From an uncultured delta proteobacterium (lineage in GTDB: Bacteria; Desulfobacterota; Desulfomonilia; Desulfomonilales; Desulfomonilaceae), in NCBI GenBank assembly GCA_963789265.1, contig CAWBKB010000006.1, positions 192,001 through 256,000 of the forward strand: a stretch of DNA of 64,000 bases, given 5' to 3'. The translations under genes and the position numbers were made by a program. The notes beneath the pieces were generated by a model. That model did no database searches. It worked only from the letters and a program-made list of their open reading frames with translations, and was not told where the DNA came from. This document shows, one piece after another, positions 62,118 through 64,000 of this stretch (within the stretch, counting starts at the first letter, position 1; each line of letters begins with the position of its first letter).

Positions 62118-64000
62118 ATGAAAGAGGTAAACTTCACCCTGAACGGTACTCCTCAAACCGTGCTCGCGGAAGACGATCTGGTGCTTCTAGACTTTTTGCG
62201 AGAAGAGAAAGGATTGACGGGGACGAAGCAATCCTGCGATCGCCAAGGGCAATGTGGGGCCTGCACGGTAATCGTCAACAAGAAGGCCGTCCGTTCTTGT
62301 CTAACTCGGGTTGCGAGCCTGAGTGGCGCTGAAGTCATATCTATAGAAGGACTGGGCACTCCGGACAATCCGCATCTCATTCAAAAGGCGTTTGCTCTCA
62401 GCGGAGCCATTCAATGCGGTTTTTGCACTCCAGGGATGATTATGGCGTCGAAGGCCCTCTTGGACCGTGATCCCGATCCGGATACCGACATCATCAAGAA
62501 GGCCCTGTCTCATAATCTCTGTCGATGTACCGGCTACAAGAAGATTATCGATGCGGTCAAGCTCGCGGGTAGGCTGCTGCGCGGGGAAATCCGGCCCGAC
62601 GATCTGTATCCTGATGCAAACGAGGGGATGATAGGAGTCTCGTTGCCTCGTCCTACTGCCTTGCTTTTGGCAACTGGCAAGGCTCTTTTTACGGCGGACA
62701 TAAAGATGGAAGGGGTACTCGAGCTTGCAGCCGTGCGCTCACCTCATGCGCACGCCTTGATAAAATCCATCGACACATCGCGGGCCGAGGCGGTCCCGGG
62801 TGTAGTGTGCGTAATTAACGCCAAGGACATCAAGGGAACCAATCGGCTTAGAGAAGATCAACCCGTTCTTTGCGATTACAAAGTTCACGTGATGGGCGAC
62901 GCTGTCGCAGCCGTGATTGCCGACACCAAACAGAGTGCTCTGGAAGGCGCACAAGCTGTCGCGGTCGAATACGAACCCTTGTCGGAAATTCGCACGCCGG
63001 AAGAAGCCGTGGACGCCGGCAGTCCCCAAGTTCATGAAGGGACTGAAAATCTTTGCTACACCCATCCCCAGATCAAAGGGGACGCACAAACGGCGTTGGC
63101 AAATTCTCACTCGGTGGTGGAAGCACAGTTCTCGACTCAGCTTATCCATCAGTCGCCGCTGGAACCGGAAGCCTCTTTGGCGTATTTCGAAGCCGACCCG
63201 GACGGCGATGAGCCTCAACTGGTGGTAGTCGGCCGAAGCATCAACATCCATTACCACTTGAAAGTCCTGCAAGATGCTCTGGGATGGGAGAATATGCGGT
63301 ATGAGCAGGCTTTCATCGGCGGGCAGTTCGGAATTAAGATGGACATCACTGCCGAAGGGTTAGCAGCCGCAGCGGCTCTTCACGTACGACGTCCGGTAAG
63401 ATATGTTTGCAGCCTCACCGAGTCCATGTGGATAACTACCAAACGGCACCCATTCGACATGAAGGTGCAACTCGGAGCCGATCGTGACGGGAAGCTCACC
63501 GGTTACTCGATTGAGTTCACTGTTGAAAACGGGGCATACGTTTCAGCGGGCAAATCGGTTATTAATCGCGCCCTGTATATGTTGAGCGGCTCGTATCATA
63601 TACCCCACGTACACGCAATGGCGAGCCTCGTCTACACCAACAATGCGTGGGGAGGAGCCGCCCGAGGAGCGGGACCGCCTCAAGTAAATTTCGCCCTTGA
63701 GTCTGTCATGGAACTCTTGGCGGCCAAGCTGGATTTGGATCCTCTGGAATTTCGCCTCATGAATTCCCTGGAGCCCGGCCAATCTATCTCTACAGGCCAG
63801 GTGGTGGATGAATGGCCGTATGCCGTATGCCTTGAGACCCTCAGAAAACACTATGAGAGAGCTCGGAGAGATTGTGCCTCGGCCCGCGAAGGTCGATTCA
63901 GGCGAGGAGTGGGACTCGCGGGAGGAAGCTTCGGAATTGGCAGGGGCGGTCCGGACCGCTCTCAGGTAGCCGTGGAACTCATGCCTGACGGTGGCCTCAC
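62118..64000 (+). CDS. Xanthine-oxidase-family molybdoenzyme, fused 2x[2Fe-2S] and Mo-pterin domains (aldehyde oxidoreductase-like); runs off the window
   Basis: Absent from the ORF track because no stop is reached. Manual translation gives SCDRQGQCGAC, QCGFCTPG, NLCRCTGY, GGQFGIK and ARGAGPPQ, all in the frame of ATG 62118. Confidence 0.92.
   Translation, partial: MKEVNFTLNGTPQTVLAEDDLVLLDFLREEKGLTGTKQSCDRQGQCGACTVIVNKKAVRSCLTRVASLSGAEVISIEGLGTPDNPHLIQKAFALSGAIQCGFCTPGMIMASKALLDRDPDPDTDIIKKALSHNLCRCTGYKKIIDAVKLAGRLLRGEIRPDDLYPDANEGMIGVSLPRPTALLLATGKALFTADIKMEGVLELAAVRSPHAHALIKSIDTSRAEAVPGVVCVINAKDIKGTNRLREDQPVLCDYKVHVMGDAVAAVIADTKQSALEGAQAVAVEYEPLSEIRTPEEAVDAGSPQVHEGTENLCYTHPQIKGDAQTALANSHSVVEAQFSTQLIHQSPLEPEASLAYFEADPDGDEPQLVVVGRSINIHYHLKVLQDALGWENMRYEQAFIGGQFGIKMDITAEGLAAAAALHVRRPVRYVCSLTESMWITTKRHPFDMKVQLGADRDGKLTGYSIEFTVENGAYVSAGKSVINRALYMLSGSYHIPHVHAMASLVYTNNAWGGAARGAGPPQVNFALESVMELLAAKLDLDPLEFRLMNSLEPGQSISTGQVVDEWPYAVCLETLRKHYERARRDCASAREGRFRRGVGLAGGSFGIGRGGPDRSQVAVELMPDGGL

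Noticed and set aside
1..64000. Long antisense/shadow ORFs in the track (e.g. 1805-2443, 5337-5987, 8074-8784, 41948-42598, 44592-45344, 62739-63272)
   Set aside because: They overlap well-supported genes on the opposite strand and have no recognisable motifs.
1..64000. tRNA, rRNA, riboswitches, prophage, integrase or intact IS
   Set aside because: None recognised by eye; a covariance-model (Rfam) search would be needed to exclude small RNAs.

Overview
A 64-kb chromosomal catabolic region. The gene repertoire and dense REP/MITE-like intergenic palindromes suggest an anaerobic deltaproteobacterium (Desulfobacterota, possibly Desulfomonile-like; this is inference). No rRNA, tRNA, CRISPR array, prophage or intact transposase was seen. 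From left to right: (1) an SMR efflux gene end, the betaine-lipid genes btaA-btaB and a CPBP protease. (2) A PAS/sigma54 activator with a readable enhancer-IHF-sigma54 promoter, followed by a ~17-kb same-strand cluster. The cluster is book-ended by the two halves of a split PEP-synthase-like (phenylphosphate-synthase-type) dikinase and contains an amidohydrolase-2, a HAD hydrolase, an OYE flavoprotein, a CoA ligase, an SDR, an acyl-CoA dehydrogenase (ACAD) and a Liv-type ABC importer. (3) A TetR-controlled thiolase/Liv-ABC/acyl-CoA synthetase operon facing an internally deleted ACAD. (4) A PadR-controlled beta-oxidation regulon with four readable operators. (5) A LysR-controlled operon with two phytoene-desaturase-like flavoproteins plus a small partner, an SDR, a second split dikinase, two dimeric alpha/beta-barrel proteins and a xanthine-oxidase-family molybdoenzyme. 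The best candidates for undescribed biology are the two UbiD-free phosphorylation-based catabolic clusters. Separately, most apparent frameshifts are +1 insertions at or beside GTAC. This points to a methylation-linked long-read basecalling artefact, so most broken genes are probably intact.
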